DNA of 64,000 bases from Rhizodiscina lignyota (lineage: Eukaryota). The DNA lies in the NCBI GenBank assembly GCA_010015805.1, contig ML978122.1:1-64000 (forward strand), in the 5' to 3' direction. A model generated the notes under the pieces. That model saw only the letters and a program-made list of their open reading frames with translations, did not search any database and had not been told where the DNA came from. This document shows positions 59,950 to 64,000 of this stretch, piece by piece (position 1 is the first letter of the stretch; every line of letters starts with the position of its first letter). Position numbers and translations under genes: made by a program.

Positions 59950-61841
59950 CTATAATCTTGCGCCACCAAGCAGTCGCTGTCCTGCAATGTCCTTCAATAC
60001 ATACTTCTGCACCTTTCCACTGCCAGTTAGTGGCACTTGACCCGGTATCCCATCTTTGCCCAGCCAGAACACATGAGCTGGGCTTTTGTGCCATCCCAAA
60101 GTCTCGCGTGTCCATTCCCTCAGTTTTTCGTCGCTCGGCTGGACTTGACCGCTGCGAAGCTGGAGAAAAGTGCCAACGACTTCGCCGTATTTTGCGTGCT
60201 CGACAGCGACCACGATTGCCCGTTCGATGGCCGGATGCGCCATCAGTCGCTCTTCGATCTCGAGTGGATAAATGTTCTCTCCACCCCTTATGATCATGTC
60301 TTTGAATCTTCCAGTGATGGAGCAGTAGCCCTCAGAATTAAAGACGGCCTCATCCCCCGTACGTAGCCACAGCACTCCATTGTTGTCGCGGACCATAACT
60401 TCGGCAGTCTTCTCTGGATTCATCCAGTATCCTGCTTGCAATTGATAGCCTGCGATGCAAAGTTCGCCAGGAGTGCCAATAGGAACAACACCGCCGTTGC
60501 GATCAACAATCTTGGCATGTGCATGGGGCAACAACGTGCCGACTGTGGTGAGCTTTCGGTCTATTGTGTCGTATGTAAATGCATTAAAGCACGTTGGTGA
60601 TGCTTCTGTGAGTCCTAGTGATACTTCTGTTACTCTCCAGTCTCATCTGTAGAGTGGGGAACACTACCGTAGCTGCTGGTAAACTCTCTCATGCCGAATT
60701 CCTTGAACATCTTTTGCATGAGATGTTTCGGCACTGGTGCACCGGCAATGATTCCGGTTCTGAGTTTAGTAATGTTGAGGCCGATGCGCGGTAAGCTGAA
60801 GAGGGAGTCAAACATTGCTGGTACCCCGTGAAGCGCTGTACACTGCTCATCTGAAATCGCTCGTAATGTCGCGGGAGGGTCAAAGACTTCCCCGGGGTAG
60901 ACGATCTTGCCTCCATGAGTGAAGACAGCGAGCAAGCCCAACACAAGGCCAAAGCAGTGAAAAAGCGGAGGCGGGCAGCAAAGAATGTCACTCGGTGTGA
61001 GCTGCATCCGATCGCCAATGAAGCGGGCATTATTCACGACATTGCTGTGAGGATCATTAGAATTTAAGTCGCGTCTTATAGCATTGCGATATACGTACAA
61101 ATGTGTCAAACTCGCTGCTTTTGGGTTCCCAGTAGATCCGCTCGTGAAGAGTAGCATGCAGATCTGGTGACAGTTGATGTACTCTTGCACATCATTTAGT
61201 GCACGATTAGGCAGGGTTGACCCCAGCAGGACTGCTTCGTGATATGTACGGAAGCCGCGTGAATCTCCATATACAATTACAACCTCTTCCAATGATGGGA
61301 CTGCCTCGAGGTCGCTGACCAATATCGAAAGAAGGGGCGTGTTGTCGAGCTTGCCAATGCTACTTGTAGTGAACAGTATTTTGCATCCTGTATCCAAATT
61401 TCAGGTGCGGCTCTTTTGCAGCTGAAGTTTAAAAAGAATACCTGTGTGTTTCATGGCATGAATTGCTTCTACTGCAGTGTATGTGTTGTTCAATACGACG
61501 AGGATAGCTCCCATCCTCGTGGCCGCGAAGAGCAACGCAGCGAATTGCTCGCAATTGCCCGCCATTACCGCGACTCTGTCTCCCAGTTGAATGCCAGCAT
61601 CAAGAAGCATCTTTGCTAGCTTGATGCTTTCGAGTCTCAGACTGTTGTAAGTCCATCTTGCCCCAGTCCATGGAACGATAAGGCATTCGTTCGGTCCATA
61701 AAGCTGGCACTGCAGATCCAGGAGAGCTCCAAGTGATAAATCAATCAGAGGCGGATCTGATGGACCATGAAGGATGGAAAGATTGGAAGAGGCTGAAGAA
61801 GTTGCAGACATTCTTGATTCCGACAGAGCATGGGAGGCCAT
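59950..61841 (-). CDS. sidI: Acyl-CoA ligase, SidI-like (mevalonyl-CoA ligase of fusarinine/coprogen biosynthesis)
   Basis: Multi-exon AMP-binding enzyme with LSILHGP..PPL, PWTGARWTY, FTSGSTGNPKAA.LTH, CCPPPLFHCFGLVLG, FTSSYG/LTEASP, TGD, GRFKDMIIRGGENIYP.EIE and P.TGSGK. It ends in ARL (PTS1). Confidence 0.88.
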
Positions 61842-62623
61842 AATGGCCCAAGGTACAAAAGCCCACAGCGCCGACGGATGTAGTCAATACGTCAAATGTT
61901 CACTTTCTCTAGATTCAGGAAAATACTAAGAGAATGTTGAAAGGAAAGCACGTGAATGATCAGAGCGCCAAAGACTGGAAGAAGAACGTAGCGGATGGCC
62001 ACTGTAACTTCAAGAGCGAGACTCCGCTCTGCGGCAGCGTAACGTAGAATTTCTAGCGAACTAAGAGAGAATTTTGACAATGACGCCATACTGTTTGTCT
62101 CATAGCCGATCACGGAGAATGAAGAACGAAACTATGTTATCATGGTATGCTTCTTTGCGGGCGCAAAACCTCCCTTGACACGTTGATCGCGGCACTCTTT
62201 AGCGCGGCCTGTAATTTTCATTTTTTACACTCTTATAAACAAAGATTTACAAAAGTTTATGAATTTTTCAGCGCGCTAACCCCTGATTATATTACACTAT
62301 CCGCGAACACCGTCCTCGTTCAGCACTTAGCAGTGTTGTCGATGGCTCACGTTCACTTTGAATGTCCACAAGCGCTCTGTCTTCATTTCTAGTACCTCTT
62401 CCGTCTTTGGATGAAATATTGAAGAGATGGGCTATTCATCCACGAGGATGTAAGAGACGTGGGTGGTCATGCAATGCGAAGCCTCTGTACTAAATTTTGC
62501 ATTATTCACCTGCTGAATCAGGTAAGATTGTATATCACAAGAGACTAGAGATAGGAGAGGGGATCAACTAGATCAGTATTCGACATTGAGATGGATTATG
62601 ATAACTCATGAAGACATATCTAC

Positions 62624-63755
62624 TTACACTTTCTCTAGTGCTTGCAAGTATCCCAGTACTCTCCCAACTAGATCCTTCCGTGGCCCAGCTTGATCATCAT
62701 TACTTAACGCGTGGGAAGCGCCGGGTATGACTCCACTATGGTCTTGATCCCATATCTGGGTTTCTCCATCGTGATCAGTTGCATTCTTCCACCTCAACAA
62801 GTTGTTCTCTTTGTTAACCCAATCGGGAACTGCCTGGTCCGCCCCTGAAGAGAGTACCATCAACTTGTACTTCAACAGTCCCCGCTTCTGAATCATTCCA
62901 AAGGTCTCTCCCAGCCGTTCGTCGCTCAGGTCTGAACTGAACAAGTCATCCTCCTGAGGTGATTGGGGACTTTCCGGACTGTTGAGGCTTAGGAACCTTC
63001 GGCAGCTCAGTGGAGTATTGGATGGATAGCCAATCTGAGAAGTCATCCACAAAGGCAGCATGGTATCACGGGATTGATCGTGACGAACAGCTTCCTTCGC
63101 CATGGCTTCCACCTTCTCATACAATACTCGAACCTCGCTTGGCGACTTGCCCCCGATACCCATCTTTAAGACCCAGAGAATGGCTTCTCTGTCGGACACC
63201 GGTGCTTGCATGATGGCTCCATCGATCGCCGGACGTTTAATGTGTTCGAGCTCAGGATCAAAGGCCGGAGTGCTTGTGTGGGGATTCGGCCGATATAGAT
63301 AATGCAAGACATCTTGACTCCCAGTAGAGTGGCCCATGAGGACAAACTTGCCCGGCCCAAATTTGGTTTCCTTGTAATCTTTGAGATACTGTACACATTG
63401 AGCAATCTCATCCGTGTCTCTGTCAAGATGTCCAAGGCCCCATGCTTGATAGGAAGACGTGAGATTCAGGGTGAAGATAGACCATTCGGTTGGCTGTAAC
63501 GCATGCGCGAGATCAGCCATATAAGATGTCGTAGCAATGCCATCTCCCAAACCGCCAACAAAGAGAAGACTGTGAGGTTTGCGGGTGGTGTTGGAAGTAA
63601 ACTCAAATGTTACGAGAGTCTCCGTCTACACCTCCCACGCATCGGATATCTTGTTAGCTACACCTTCACGATTATAGATAAGCGCGGAACCCGAAACATA
63701 CGTAATGATGTAAAATACCGGGGAGACCTCCCTTGGGCCAGAATTTGGAACACAT
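62624..63755 (-). CDS. sidJ: DUF1749 alpha/beta-hydrolase, SidJ-like fusarinine C esterase
   Basis: Exons 63755-63702 and 63625-62624. MCSKFWPKGGLPGILHHY/TETLVTFE, LFVGGLGDG, nucleophile GHSTGSQD, QAPVSDRE, DDLFSSDL and GASHAL. It lies within the siderophore cluster. Confidence 0.85.
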
Positions 63756-64000
63756 ATTAAAATGGAAATACTGAGTATTCAGGACTCAGCAGAATCGATG
63801 GAATGACCGAGGAAAGAAACAAAAGGCACTTTAAACTGCCCAGTGAGAAAAAATTCAATGGCGGTCGCATGCTGGCAGGGGTCCAGGGGGTTGCGACGTT
63901 CGCTAGCCCTGTTTAGATGTAGGAGGATTTTGCTGTAATGTTTCAAGCTGTACATATGTACTGTACCCTGCAGCTTTAACGTGCGTTGAATGTTCGGCGA

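Noticed and set aside
11711..64000. A Starship giant transposon carrying the accessory genes
   Set aside because: No DUF3435 captain or Starship accessory genes were recognised, and the region includes core housekeeping genes.

Overview
This is the left end of a filamentous-ascomycete (Pezizomycotina) chromosome. It opens with about 16 CCCTAA telomere repeats, followed by an ~11.5 kb AT-rich block heavily mutated by RIP (repeat-induced point mutation). Read on the minus strand with RIP changes reversed by eye, that block is made almost entirely of co-oriented relics of the telomere-linked helicase (TLH)/DUF3505 family. These are a ~5.4 kb DUF3505 + tyrosine-recombinase-like + RecQ gene cut off by the telomere, a helicase-less paralogue inside short inverted repeats, a third diverged 5' fragment, and a duplicated element end. 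From ~11.7 kb the DNA is ordinary and gene-rich: TmpA-like flavoprotein, CSC1/OSCA channel, MFS permease, P450 and several pseudogenes. A housekeeping block follows (GTPBP1/2, RPA3, MFAP1, SPB1 with a GC-AG intron, YML020W-like, PPIL2 cyclophilin), then a secreted orphan protein. From 52 kb there is a siderophore cluster (MirB-type transporter, SidF-, SidA-, SidI- and SidJ-like genes, SreA boxes) whose SidA and SidF homologues have unusual active-site substitutions. The cluster probably continues beyond the window. All family calls come from motif recognition by eye; no database searches were run.
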